From Bacteroidales bacterium (GTDB taxonomy: Bacteria > Bacteroidota > Bacteroidia > Bacteroidales > CAIWKO01), in NCBI GenBank assembly GCA_035389045.1, contig DAOORA010000004.1, positions 42,246 to 106,245 of the forward strand: 64,000 nucleotides of DNA. The letters are read 5' to 3'. The notes below the pieces were generated by a model that was not told where the DNA came from, ran no database searches, and saw nothing but the letters and a program-made list of their open reading frames with translations. The stretch's first letter is position 1. Each line of letters opens with the position of its first letter. The position numbers and the translations under genes are program-made. Positions 37,151 to 47,116 of the stretch are shown here, piece after piece.

Positions 37151-37885
37151 ATGAAAAAAGAATATCTGTTCTTAGTTTTCATTTTTATAGGAGTAACATC
37201 CTGTAAAAAAGAAAATCTTTGCGATTGTTTTAAAAGCACGGGCAAAATAACCACGGAAGAAAGGACTACCGAACCCTTTAACAGCATCTACCTCGATGAC
37301 AACGTGAATTTGATTCTTACCCGGGACAGCATTTTCAGTGTAAAGGCAGAAGCCGGAAAAAATTTACTGCCGCTAATCAGGACAAGAGTCGAAAACGGTT
37401 CGATGTATATAAGCAATGATAATAAATGTAATTGGGTGAGAAGCTATAAACCCGATGTCAATGTTTATATCAGTATGCCGTCATTGTTGTTCCTCGGATA
37501 CTCCGGAAGCGGAGATATCACTATGCAGAACACCTTTACCGGTGATACCCTCTGGTTTGATTCGAAAAATGGCTCGGGAACAGTAAATCTCGACCTTGAA
37601 GTAAGAAAATGCTGCCTGATCATCAATACGGGCCCCTGCGATGTGATCACAAAAGGATGTGCCGATGAACTACAGGTCTATTATATTGGCACCGGAATGA
37701 TACATTGTGAAGAATTCCCGACCTTTTATACTTATGTTACCAATAAAAGTACCGGCGATTGTTATCTGAATGTCCATGATTTACTGATCTATCACCTCTC
37801 CTGGTCGGGCAATGTATATTACACAGGGAACCCGCCACAGATCACGGGCGAAAGCACCGGAAGCGGGACCATCATTCCTTACTGA
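37151..37885 (+). CDS. Lipoprotein, DUF2807-like (putative adhesin head-like beta structure)
   Basis: Start at MKKEYLFLVFIFIGVTSCKK (lipobox). Recurring GSGD/GSGT segments typical of DUF2807. Confidence 0.5.
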   Translation: MKKEYLFLVFIFIGVTSCKKENLCDCFKSTGKITTEERTTEPFNSIYLDDNVNLILTRDSIFSVKAEAGKNLLPLIRTRVENGSMYISNDNKCNWVRSYKPDVNVYISMPSLLFLGYSGSGDITMQNTFTGDTLWFDSKNGSGTVNLDLEVRKCCLIINTGPCDVITKGCADELQVYYIGTGMIHCEEFPTFYTYVTNKSTGDCYLNVHDLLIYHLSWSGNVYYTGNPPQITGESTGSGTIIPY

Positions 37886-37907
37886 GCGCATTATAACACT
37901 ATCGGTC

Positions 37908-39212
37908 ATGAAGAACAAAAAAAACCTTTTAACAATTATTCTCATCACCCTGGCGCTGACATGGATAGCAGCCAATATCAACTGGGGCGGGGATAAACCA
38001 AAGTGGATTGTTCTGTCGGATGGTAAAGGCTATTATGCGTATCTGCCTGCTGTCTTCATTTATCACGACCTCAACTTCGGCTTTTTTGAAAAAAAAGAAA
38101 TGGATCCTGCTGCCGACCCGAAATTATTCTATGATTACCGGGTTTTTTCCGACGGACATACCATCAATAAATGTTTTTGCGGCATCGCCCTGTTACAAAT
38201 GCCGTTTTTCCTTATGGCTCACCTGATTGAAAGCATCAGCGGAGGGCAGGCTGACGGTTTTAGCCCTTTGTATTACATTTTTATTCAGATCGCAACCATC
38301 TTTTACTATTTTTTAGGGTTGCTGTTTCTCAGTAAACTGTTGTTTCTCTATAAGTTTAAGCATTCATCTGTTATTCTCACACTAATAACGGTGACCTTTG
38401 GCACCAACGCGTTTTATTATATCATCAGGGAAGCTGCCATGCCTCATATATACTCCTTTGCGCTCATCGCCGCCTTTATGTATTACTCAAAATTATATTT
38501 CTCGGATCACCGGCCTTTACGGATTTTAATCATATCGGTTCTTTTAGGTTTAATAGTTCTGGTAAGGCCAGTAAATATAATAATTGTATTCCTGTTGCCT
38601 TTCCTATCCTCGTCATGGTACAGCTATAAAAGAGGTTTTTATACCCTATTCCACAAACCGCTGTTCCTTATTGCCGCAGTGATTATTTTTATTATCATTG
38701 GTTCCATACAACTGATGATATACCGCATCAGCACCGGATCTTTTTTAATCGACAGTTACGGCAACGAATATTTTGAATTTTTCAATCCACACGTCATTTC
38801 GTTCCTGTTCAGTTATAAAAAAGGTGCTTTTTTGTATACCCCCATACTTTTTATCTCGCTTTTCGGCCTGTATCACTTTTGGAAAAACGCCCGGTATAAT
38901 TTTTATTGCCTGGTCTTTTTCATCATTGTAATTTTCTATGTATTATCATCATGGTGGAACTGGTGGTATGGCGGAAGTTTTTCATCACGTGTGCTCATCG
39001 ACTACCTGCCGGTATTCATGATCTTACTGGCTGCTGCACTGGACAGCTTCCGGAAAAAGATTCCCAAAGGCTTGTTTATCACCTTGATTGTTCTGTTGAT
39101 CGTGGTTAACCAGATACAGATATATCAGTACCGGTACGGGGCAATACATTATGAAAATATGGATAAAAAACAGTACTGGGATACTTTCCTAAGGATAGAT
39201 AAATTACTGTAG
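37908..39212 (+). CDS. Polytopic membrane protein, possibly a GT-C-type glycosyltransferase
   Basis: Start at MKNKKNLLTIILITLALTW. About 11-12 TM segments. N-terminal loop motif DGKGYYAYLPAVFIYHDL. Confidence 0.45.
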   Translation: MKNKKNLLTIILITLALTWIAANINWGGDKPKWIVLSDGKGYYAYLPAVFIYHDLNFGFFEKKEMDPAADPKLFYDYRVFSDGHTINKCFCGIALLQMPFFLMAHLIESISGGQADGFSPLYYIFIQIATIFYYFLGLLFLSKLLFLYKFKHSSVILTLITVTFGTNAFYYIIREAAMPHIYSFALIAAFMYYSKLYFSDHRPLRILIISVLLGLIVLVRPVNIIIVFLLPFLSSSWYSYKRGFYTLFHKPLFLIAAVIIFIIIGSIQLMIYRISTGSFLIDSYGNEYFEFFNPHVISFLFSYKKGAFLYTPILFISLFGLYHFWKNARYNFYCLVFFIIVIFYVLSSWWNWWYGGSFSSRVLIDYLPVFMILLAAALDSFRKKIPKGLFITLIVLLIVVNQIQIYQYRYGAIHYENMDKKQYWDTFLRIDKLL

Positions 39213-39218
39213 CACTGA

Positions 39219-40139
39219 TTATTCGTTGAAATATGTGTATTCAAATTTTGAGGTATACATGTTGCGAATGTTTTCAGCCGGGTTCTGCGAATACACCAAA
39301 GCTTCAAACATTTTACCATCGTCATGATAGGTGCGTTCAATGCTGATGAGCAGTTCATCATCACGGTTGTACTCTTCATGTTTTACGGCGTTATTTTTAT
39401 CGTCATAGGTAAGGCAGGTCTTTTTAAGAGTCAGCGGGTCTTCCTCGATAATCTCCGTTACATTATCCTGCTCATCATAGCTGAAAAGTGTTTTTTCAAT
39501 AAGCTGATTGCCGGAATTATATTTTAAAGTTTTTTCACGCAGACCTTTCTCATTATAATAATGCTCTGTGACATAACCCGTGCCCGGTTCAGGGGTGAAA
39601 TAGGTAAATTTTACTAATTTACCCTGCTCATTATATTCATAATTACGGCGGCTCCTAAGCTGGTTTTCCTCGTCATACATCTCTGAACACAACATCCTGC
39701 CGTTTTCAAATAAGAAAGTTTCTGTTTCTTCAACTTCACCATCCACATCCTTTTGTACACGCTTAACCATATTGCCGTTTTCATCATAAAAGAATTCGAT
39801 TATCGCTTCTCCGCCCTCCTCATATATGATCTTTTCCTGTATTTGATTGTTTGAATCATCATAGACAAAAAAATGATGTTCAACTATTTCGTTTTCATCA
39901 AAATACACAAACTGCTCCACCATTCTGTTCTCCTCATCAAAGGTATACCGGTAATGCTCATGTATATCGCCTGCATGATTATAAGAAAGTGATTTGATCA
40001 TATTTCCTCTTTCGTCATATTCCTCATGAGAGGACAAATAGGAATTTTTTTCGTACCAGTCCGTATCGTCAGGCCGCGAAGGATCTTCCATCGCATACTC
40101 AATTCTGAAATTTCTTATTGTCTGAATTTTTTTTTCCAT
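39219..40139 (-). CDS. Acidic cytoplasmic protein with YD-like repeats
   Basis: 306 aa with no signal peptide. Recurring YDExGNxI / FxYDxxxNxxE units, for example EYDERGNMIKSLSY, FYDENGNMVKRV, YEYNEQGKLVKFTY and FSYDEQDNVTEI. Confidence 0.5.
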   Translation of the reverse strand: MEKKIQTIRNFRIEYAMEDPSRPDDTDWYEKNSYLSSHEEYDERGNMIKSLSYNHAGDIHEHYRYTFDEENRMVEQFVYFDENEIVEHHFFVYDDSNNQIQEKIIYEEGGEAIIEFFYDENGNMVKRVQKDVDGEVEETETFLFENGRMLCSEMYDEENQLRSRRNYEYNEQGKLVKFTYFTPEPGTGYVTEHYYNEKGLREKTLKYNSGNQLIEKTLFSYDEQDNVTEIIEEDPLTLKKTCLTYDDKNNAVKHEEYNRDDELLISIERTYHDDGKMFEALVYSQNPAENIRNMYTSKFEYTYFNE

Positions 40140-40193
40140 GGTACTCCGTGTTTTAGTTTACAGGTCAATTTATGACTGGAATTTACTGCGAAA

Positions 40194-41600
40194 TTATAAT
40201 TTGTAGACCGTATAATTTTTGTTTTCAAAAATTATTTCATATTTAAGTACATCTGCAAAATCTTTCTTATTGACAAACAGGAATTTACAACCATTTTTCC
40301 GAATGGAATCAAGATATTGATGATCATTAATCCTGTCATTTCCGAGCGCCCAGCCCCGCCGGTGAGCAAAATACATCTGCTGATAACCTTCACCTCCCGA
40401 AACCGCAATCAGGTCGTTCAGGCCGGAAACCTTATCAGCAATTTTTTCAAGTTCCGTCAAGTATCGTTCGTCATCCCTGATCCTGAAATCATGCTGCTGA
40501 TTAGCAATACTTTCTACTATTATTGCTATTATAAATATTATTCTTATATAATTTATTTTGATCTCAGAAAGTCCGTAACCGGCAACTAAAGCCATGAAAG
40601 GAACAAACGGCAGAATATAATAGGAATGTGTGGGGAACACAGCACCTGTTTTAACGGCAAAAAACAAAAAAATCAACAGGGCAAGTACAAAAACTATCGT
40701 CATGTTTTTCTCCTTATTACGAAATATACGATAACATCCGAAAAGAAAAACACCAAAGGCGGAATAGGATAGTAAAGCGCCAAAATAGAATTTTTCCAAT
40801 GCATCGTAGCGGTAAGGAATTATTTCTTTAATACCTGTAAGGAGGTCTTTCTCAAAGAAATGCTGATAACGGTATTGTTCAACCAGGTGAGGAACCCAGT
40901 AGAAGTACCAAAGAGCAACAATGATGATAGTATCGGCAAGGGCACAACACAATATCAGGAAAGTCCTTTTATTGATCTGTTTTGTAATCAACGGCAGCAC
41001 GAGCAAACTCAGCATAATCAGTGCCGGCATCTTGGATAAGCCTCCCAATGCCGAAAAAATTATAAATAAGACAAGAGGAAGGATTTTATTATGCGCAATG
41101 AACAACGTTGCATAATAGACTCCTATGAGCACCAAAGACAGGCTGAAGGTATCAGGCATGATCTTACGCGCATAGCAAAACCATAGTGAACATAGCAAAA
41201 CCAGCCCGGAATAAAAAGCAGTCTGTTCGCCAAAATATTTGCGGATAATAAGGTAAAAACATAAAATGCCCAGAGAAGATACCAGTAGGTTTATCAATCT
41301 GCCATACCAGTGGGCATAACCAAAGATTTTGGATACCAGGAAGATGAGATAATTGAATACGGGAAATTCACAACCAACGATCCCTGAATGGTTCCCGTCG
41401 ATATCAATTCTGGGATAAAGGATATTGGCACTCGTCTCCAAAAAATTCCTCGCCACCATACAGGTAAAGGACTGTCTCCAGTTATGCGCTTTTTCCAGCG
41501 GCGGGTTGGTAATTCCGTACAATCTTATCAGAAAGAATAATACTACCCAGAAGCGGAAATCTTTTACAAGGTTTTTTATCCTTTGTCCTGCGGCCATCAT
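40194..41600 (-). CDS. ArnT/PMT_2 (GT39-like) family polytopic glycosyltransferase
   Basis: About 12 TM segments. N-terminal block HNWRQSFTCMVARNF...YPRIDIDG...EFPVFNYL is typical of the family. The start overlaps the Nudix gene stop (ATGA at 41597..41600). Confidence 0.65.
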   Translation of the reverse strand: MMAAGQRIKNLVKDFRFWVVLFFLIRLYGITNPPLEKAHNWRQSFTCMVARNFLETSANILYPRIDIDGNHSGIVGCEFPVFNYLIFLVSKIFGYAHWYGRLINLLVSSLGILCFYLIIRKYFGEQTAFYSGLVLLCSLWFCYARKIMPDTFSLSLVLIGVYYATLFIAHNKILPLVLFIIFSALGGLSKMPALIMLSLLVLPLITKQINKRTFLILCCALADTIIIVALWYFYWVPHLVEQYRYQHFFEKDLLTGIKEIIPYRYDALEKFYFGALLSYSAFGVFLFGCYRIFRNKEKNMTIVFVLALLIFLFFAVKTGAVFPTHSYYILPFVPFMALVAGYGLSEIKINYIRIIFIIAIIVESIANQQHDFRIRDDERYLTELEKIADKVSGLNDLIAVSGGEGYQQMYFAHRRGWALGNDRINDHQYLDSIRKNGCKFLFVNKKDFADVLKYEIIFENKNYTVYKL

Positions 41601-42037
41601 CTTTGTTGTTTCATCAGTCCAAGTGCCTGTAGTATCACCTGTGCATGATCGAAAGCCATAGCCGGCAAATCATCTGTACTAAACCATTGTGCATCAGCGG
41701 CATCATCCCCTGCGCTCACACTCATATGATTTTCATCGTACCAACCATAATAGATTACGCTGATGGTACGGTAGCGGGGGTCGCGCCCGACAGTTCCTAT
41801 GGTAAACAGTTGCCTGAGCGCCGGGTGAAACACACCGGTTTCTTCCTGTAGTTCACGGATTACGGCATCATCAAGCTCCTCGTCAATTTCAACAAAACCG
41901 CCGGGCAGCGCCCATAAGTCTTTAAATGGTTCATTCCGGCGCTTTATAAGCAGAATTTTCATGTCAGGCGCTGCTTTACGAAGGAGAATGGCATCCACTG
42001 TCACTGCCGGCATCGGATATTCATAAATATAAGACAT
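41597..42037 (-). CDS. NUDIX hydrolase
   Basis: Nudix box GGFVEIDEELDDAVIRELQEETG. Confidence 0.85.
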   Translation of the reverse strand: MSYIYEYPMPAVTVDAILLRKAAPDMKILLIKRRNEPFKDLWALPGGFVEIDEELDDAVIRELQEETGVFHPALRQLFTIGTVGRDPRYRTISVIYYGWYDENHMSVSAGDDAADAQWFSTDDLPAMAFDHAQVILQALGLMKQQR

Positions 42038-42040
42038 TAT

Positions 42041-42745
42041 TTAATGTATATAAGTCAGGTCATTAATATTCAATGATTTACCATGAGAGATATGAACTAT
42101 TTTTACATGCTGTTCCTTCAGTTTCATCCAGCAGTCTCTCACACCGGAAGGATTTTCTGCAACAAGAGGCCAATAAGCAGGTTTGGCAAAACCCAGCATG
42201 GTCATAGCCGCATCGCCGGCAAAACAGTTGCCGTCATCACAGGCCAATGCAATGGAATCGGCTGTATGGCCGGGCAACGATATTATTTTCGCAGGTATAC
42301 CATAATTCCGCAAAATAGTGTCATTATCGGAATCAATCAGCAGAGCATTTTCATCAGGGATCACGGGGTTGCATACCCTGTACAAACGGAAGATCTTTTT
42401 CACCCGCATAAAAAAACGTACCAGTCCTGATGATCCGGTCATTGCCTGATGATCAACTCCTTCGGCCAAAAAGGGCAAGGCGTTTTTATGCACAATGAGC
42501 CTGGCGCCGGATTCCCTGAGCAGGACGCTGAGAAATCCCGTATGGTCGGTATGATGGTGCGTGAGAAAGATGAATTTAATTTGCGATAATGAAATGGAAT
42601 GTTTTGCCAGTTCATGTTTGAATTTTTCATAATATTTCACTGCAGAAGTATCCACCAATAAATACTGCGTACCGCAAAGGATCAGGAAACACCTGGTGAT
42701 ACCCAGGGAAAGCGTAATATATTGAATGGCTGGACCTTCCTTCAT
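42041..42745 (-). CDS. MBL-fold metallo-hydrolase
   Basis: HxHxDH motif in FLTHHHTDHTG, plus downstream His/Asp ligands (LPGHTADS, HISHG). Confidence 0.8.
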   Translation of the reverse strand: MKEGPAIQYITLSLGITRCFLILCGTQYLLVDTSAVKYYEKFKHELAKHSISLSQIKFIFLTHHHTDHTGFLSVLLRESGARLIVHKNALPFLAEGVDHQAMTGSSGLVRFFMRVKKIFRLYRVCNPVIPDENALLIDSDNDTILRNYGIPAKIISLPGHTADSIALACDDGNCFAGDAAMTMLGFAKPAYWPLVAENPSGVRDCWMKLKEQHVKIVHISHGKSLNINDLTYIH

Positions 42746-42766
42746 CCGGAATCTGTTTTCGCCGGA

Positions 42767-44311
42767 CTATTTGGCATAGCTGATGGCCCGCGTTTCCCTG
42801 ATGACTGTTATTTTAATCTGCCCGGGATAGGTCATTTCATTCTGTATCTTGTTGGAGATATCAAACGCCAGCTGGTTAGCCTCGTTGTCGGTAACTTTTT
42901 CAGCGCCAACGATGACACGCAATTCTCTTCCGGCCTGTATGGCATAGGTTTTTACTACGCCGGGATATGCAAGCGCCAGGTCTTCAAGGTCTTTTAACCG
43001 GTTGATATAGGATTCCACTATTTCGCGGCGGGCGCCGGGGCGGGCGCCGGATATGGCATCGCATATCTGAACTATGGGGGAGAGCAGCGAGGTCATCTCT
43101 ACTTCTTCATGATGAGCGCCGATAGCATTGCACACCTCAGGTTTTTCCTTGTATTTTTCAGCCAGGTTCATACCGAGTATGGCATGTGGCAGTTCGGGTT
43201 CATTATCAGGAACTTTGCCGATATCATGAAGGAGGCCTGCCCGTTTTGCAAGTTTGGGGTTAAGGCCCAGTTCGGAAGCCATCACAGCCGAGAGGTTGGC
43301 CACTTCGCGCGAGTGCTGAAGGAGATTCTGTCCATAGGATGAACGGTACTTCATTTTTCCGATCAGACGAATAAGTTCATGATGTATCCCGTGAACCCCA
43401 AGGTCGATAGTGGTTCGTTTACCCACTTCAACAATTTCCTGTTCGATTTGTTTTTTTGTCTTGGCGACAATTTCCTCAATTCGCGCCGGATGAATGCGTC
43501 CGTCGGTAACCAGCTGATGCAGCGATAAGCGGGCAATCTCCCGGCGTACCGGGTCAAAACCGGAAATAATGATGGCATCAGGCGTGTCATCAATGACGAT
43601 CTCCACCCCGATAGCTGCTTCCAAAGCTCTGATGTTCCGGCCTTCACGGCCGATGATGCGGCCTTTGATCTCATCATTATCAATATTGAATACGGACACG
43701 GAATTTTCAATAGCTTGTTCTGCAGCAGTCCGTTGCAGGGTTTTTATGACAATTTTCTTGGCCTCCAGGTTAGCCGTATCGCGGGCTTCATCAATAATCT
43801 CGCGGACATGATTGGCCGATTCGGCCTGTGCTTTTGTTTTGAGCATTTCCACGAGTTGCGACTTGGCTTCTGCCGCAGACAATCCTGCTATAACTTCAAG
43901 TTTTTGAACCTGTTGTGCCTGCATCTGATCAACCTCGGTCTGCTTTTTATTCAGGATATCCAGCTGAATGTTCAGATTGTCACGAACCGTGGACAGCTCT
44001 TTTTCCTTACGGTTCAATTCTTCAATTTTCTGAGAAACAACGGCTTCCTTCTGCTTTATCCGGTTTTCATTTTTCAGGATATTGTTGTTGCGCTCGTTCA
44101 CCATCTTTTCATGCTCGGTCTTGAGCTGAAGATATTTTTCCTTTGCCTGAAGCATTTTATCTTTCTTAATCATTTCGGCCTGGTTCTCGGCCTCTTTGAG
44201 GATATTTGCCGATCGTTTTTCAATGGTTTTTCGTATAAAAACCATTGAAACAAGCCCACCTATGAGTATACCTCCGGCTGCTGAAATGAGTATTAATAAT
44301 ATTGGATTCAT
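42767..44311 (-). CDS. rny: Ribonuclease Y
   Basis: 514 aa. N-terminal TM segment, coiled coil, KH domain ([15 protein letters not shown]) and HD domain (AGLLHDIGK). Confidence 0.92.
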   Translation of the reverse strand: MNPILLILISAAGGILIGGLVSMVFIRKTIEKRSANILKEAENQAEMIKKDKMLQAKEKYLQLKTEHEKMVNERNNNILKNENRIKQKEAVVSQKIEELNRKEKELSTVRDNLNIQLDILNKKQTEVDQMQAQQVQKLEVIAGLSAAEAKSQLVEMLKTKAQAESANHVREIIDEARDTANLEAKKIVIKTLQRTAAEQAIENSVSVFNIDNDEIKGRIIGREGRNIRALEAAIGVEIVIDDTPDAIIISGFDPVRREIARLSLHQLVTDGRIHPARIEEIVAKTKKQIEQEIVEVGKRTTIDLGVHGIHHELIRLIGKMKYRSSYGQNLLQHSREVANLSAVMASELGLNPKLAKRAGLLHDIGKVPDNEPELPHAILGMNLAEKYKEKPEVCNAIGAHHEEVEMTSLLSPIVQICDAISGARPGARREIVESYINRLKDLEDLALAYPGVVKTYAIQAGRELRVIVGAEKVTDNEANQLAFDISNKIQNEMTYPGQIKITVIRETRAISYAK

Positions 44312-44347
44312 GATATAAAATTTATTTAGTTAATATTAGTTTGTTTC

Positions 44348-44556
44348 AAAAAAAAACCGCATTAAATACAAAAGAGTTTAGAATAAACTCCAGAAAAACA
44401 TAGATAGAGCTACCTGTTTTGTTCGAACTTCTACCGTCCCGGAGCAAGCTCCGGAATTCCGCCGAAACGGACTGAAGCCTGTTCTACCATCACAGAGATT
44501 ACTCTAATTTGATAATGTTGAGTTTATCAAACAATGTTTTTGATTTAATGCGGGTA
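44348..44556 (-). ncRNA. Candidate ~200-nt structured RNA (6S-like or rny leader) closed by a long helix and a U9 tract
   Basis: Positions 44357..44374 pair with 44537..44553: 11 bp, a 1-nt bulge, then 5-6 bp. The minus-strand 3' arm is followed by 9 U. Interior hairpins at 44374..44390, 44439..44454 and 44508..44531. Located between zapA and rny. Confidence 0.4.
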
Positions 44557-44572
44557 ATTTTAAATATTTTTA

Positions 44573-44872
44573 TCAAAGAACGCTGTTGTCCAGATGCTGA
44601 TCAAGTAATTTATTAATATCAAGTAATTTATCTTTTAATTTAGTATTATTATATCCATTGACATGTTCAAGATTCAAAGCATTGGAAGTATATTGTAAGG
44701 CTATCATCGCCAATAGGTCCTGTTTATCCTTAAAAGCATAAGTACTAGCGAATTCCTTTATTTTATCGTTGATGAGTTTCACTGCCTTCCTTACTATTTC
44801 TTCCTCCAGCCGGCCAATGGTCAATTTGTAATTCCTTTCCGCAATGTTTACCGATATGGTCAAATCTTCCAT
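44573..44872 (-). CDS. zapA: Cell division protein ZapA
   Basis: 99 aa. ISVNIAERNYKLTIGRLEEEIVRKAVKLINDKIKEF...LLAMIALQY matches the ZapA pattern. Confidence 0.75.
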   Translation of the reverse strand: MEDLTISVNIAERNYKLTIGRLEEEIVRKAVKLINDKIKEFASTYAFKDKQDLLAMIALQYTSNALNLEHVNGYNNTKLKDKLLDINKLLDQHLDNSVL

Positions 44873-44895
44873 TGATTTTCAGGATATATTATTAA

Positions 44896-45180
44896 TTACT
44901 TGTTTAATAGTGCAATACATCTGTCAACCTCCCGCAAAAGTTCATTAATTCTTAATTTTGCTTTTGTTTTGTCTTCTCCTTCTAATGATTTTGCAACACG
45001 TAATAATTTATTTTTTTCCTCTAAATATTTTATAGTTGCTGTATTTTCCTGTTCCTTTTTAGTTAATAAATCAATTTTTTTTTTCAATTCGGCATTTTCA
45101 TACTTAATTTCGTTCAATTGCCTGATCAACTGATGGGTTTTGAATTCAATGCCCGACACTAATCCCGAAAGATCCTCCAT
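44896..45180 (-). CDS. Small coiled-coil protein (possible ZapB-like partner)
   Basis: 94 aa, heptad-rich and charged. Immediately upstream of zapA in the same operon. Confidence 0.4.
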   Translation of the reverse strand: MEDLSGLVSGIEFKTHQLIRQLNEIKYENAELKKKIDLLTKKEQENTATIKYLEEKNKLLRVAKSLEGEDKTKAKLRINELLREVDRCIALLNK

Positions 45181-45203
45181 AATCCATCATTTGATTTCTT
45201 TTA

Positions 45204-45211
45204 CAAAAGTA
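45204..45211 (-). promoter_or_regulatory. -7 promoter box (TACTTTTG on the minus strand) for the coiled-coil/zapA operon
   Basis: Plus strand reads CAAAAGTA, 24 nt upstream of the start at 45180. Confidence 0.4.
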
Positions 45212-45305
45212 ATACACTATTGTAATAAAATGCAAATTTTTTTAACTTTATTTACAAATTTTGGGTAGTTTTATACTGTTATTTGTATATAAAAAAAGTT
45301 TCATT

Positions 45306-46586
45306 ATGAATGAAGAGTTGCTCTATTATATATGGAAATATCAACGATTTAATACAAATCTGCTTACGACAGAAGGTATTCCTTTCAGCGTTGAACATCC
45401 GGGGATCAGAAATTCAGATGCCGGGCCGGATTTTACAAATGCCAGGATTCGCATCGGTAAAACGTTATGGGCCGGAAACGTCGAAATACACCTGAGGTCT
45501 TCCGACTGGACTTCACACAAACACCACCTTGATGAAGCCTACAACAATATCATTCTCCATGTTGTATATGAAGATGATAAACCTGTTTTTGACAAAACCG
45601 GAAACAAAATTGCCACCTTGCAAGTAAAAAATATCATTGACGACCTCCTGGTCGCCAATTACAAGAATTTTGCAGAAAGCAAAAATCCGGTGCCCTGCTC
45701 GCTATCGTTAAACAGTGTAAAAGAGGTTATTATATCCGTTTGGCTGGAAAAACTGGCCATCGAACGCCTTCAAAATAAAACTGAAGTCATTTTCAACAAA
45801 CTGAACTTATATAAAAACGATTGGGAACAAAGCTTTTATGAAGTTTTTGCCCGCAATTTCGGATTCAATGTCAATTCGGAGCCCTTTGAACTATTGGCAA
45901 AATCGCTCCCGCAAAAATATTTCGCCAAAAGTAAAAACAACCTGTTCCAGCTGGAAGCGTTGCTTTTCGGACAATCCGGGCTCCTGGATGATGAATTCGC
46001 CGATGATTATCCGGTAAAACTCAGAAACGAATACCAATACCTTCAGAAAAAATACGATCTCAGGCCCATAGAAAAGCATTTATGGAGGTTTTTACGGATA
46101 AGGCCGAATAATTTCCCTACCATCCGGCTGGCGCAATTCGCAGGCCTGATCCACAGATCGGCCAATTTGTTTTCAAAGATCATAGAAGCCGGCACAATGG
46201 CAGAAATTTACGAACTTTTCGACCTTCGCTGTTCCGAATACTGGCAAACACACTATGTTTTTGATAAAAGTTCGGAACGATCGCCAAAAAATCCGGGTAG
46301 AAGTACTATAAATCTTTTGATAATCAACACTATAGTTCCGTTTGTCTTTGCTTATGGAAAAATAAAAGGTGATGATAATTATACGGAAAGAGCTTTAACA
46401 TTTCTTTCGACTGTTCCTCCCGAAAAAAACCAATTCACTGAAAAATTTCTACAGGCCGGTCTCAAGCCTGTAAATGCCATACAGTCGCAGGCGATGATCC
46501 ATTTGTTCCATGAATACTGCAGCAACAAAAAATGCCTTCAGTGCAGCATAGGCGATGCTGTTCTGAAATCTGGGACGTTAATCTGA
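45306..46586 (+). CDS. DUF2851 family protein
   Basis: Start at MNEELLYYIWKYQRFN. The block PGIRNSDAGPDFTNARIRIGKTLWAGNVEIHLRSSDW is typical of DUF2851. Confidence 0.7.
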   Translation: MNEELLYYIWKYQRFNTNLLTTEGIPFSVEHPGIRNSDAGPDFTNARIRIGKTLWAGNVEIHLRSSDWTSHKHHLDEAYNNIILHVVYEDDKPVFDKTGNKIATLQVKNIIDDLLVANYKNFAESKNPVPCSLSLNSVKEVIISVWLEKLAIERLQNKTEVIFNKLNLYKNDWEQSFYEVFARNFGFNVNSEPFELLAKSLPQKYFAKSKNNLFQLEALLFGQSGLLDDEFADDYPVKLRNEYQYLQKKYDLRPIEKHLWRFLRIRPNNFPTIRLAQFAGLIHRSANLFSKIIEAGTMAEIYELFDLRCSEYWQTHYVFDKSSERSPKNPGRSTINLLIINTIVPFVFAYGKIKGDDNYTERALTFLSTVPPEKNQFTEKFLQAGLKPVNAIQSQAMIHLFHEYCSNKKCLQCSIGDAVLKSGTLI

Positions 46587-46645
46587 TTACTCTAAATCAG
46601 TTTCAGCAATATTTTACATCAACGTAAAGCCCGGACGCTGAATAA

Positions 46646-47056
46646 TCATTTGGTGTCCGACTTCAGGTATACCGCTTTCTGATTGCCATACCCAAGTTCC
46701 ATCCTGTTCTGATTTAATTTTAACAATTTAAATTTCAACAACTTACCTTCTTCCAGCCCGGCAGCAGAAAAAGTAATCCGAAAGTTCAGCAGATGGTCCT
46801 GAACATAATAATCAAAAGATGATGGATAAACATGTGTGCCGTTTTCGAGATGATCATACATGATTCCTTCTGAATTCCATTCACCGTACTGAACACCATT
46901 TTCGGGCTTTGATATCTCAAAACCTTTTATTTGTGTAGTCTCTAGCACGATGGGTGTGTCGGATACCCAATCACCGGTAATGAGGGCTTCACGCCGGGTT
47001 CCACAGCAGCTGAACAATAAGATCAGAATGGTCAATGTCAAAACAACGGATTTCAT
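46646..47056 (-). CDS. Hypothetical lipoprotein
   Basis: 136 aa with lipobox LILLFSCC. No family recognised. Confidence 0.45.
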   Translation of the reverse strand: MKSVVLTLTILILLFSCCGTRREALITGDWVSDTPIVLETTQIKGFEISKPENGVQYGEWNSEGIMYDHLENGTHVYPSSFDYYVQDHLLNFRITFSAAGLEEGKLLKFKLLKLNQNRMELGYGNQKAVYLKSDTK

Positions 47057-47116
47057 AGCTCAATATTTCAAAGTCAAAGTAAACAAATTTCAGCGGATGA
47101 TTTCTGTTTTATGTAA

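Noticed and set aside
43715-44248. 177-aa plus-strand ORF antisense to rny.
   Set aside because: The rny frame is unambiguous (KH and HD domains). The antisense ORF is low-complexity.
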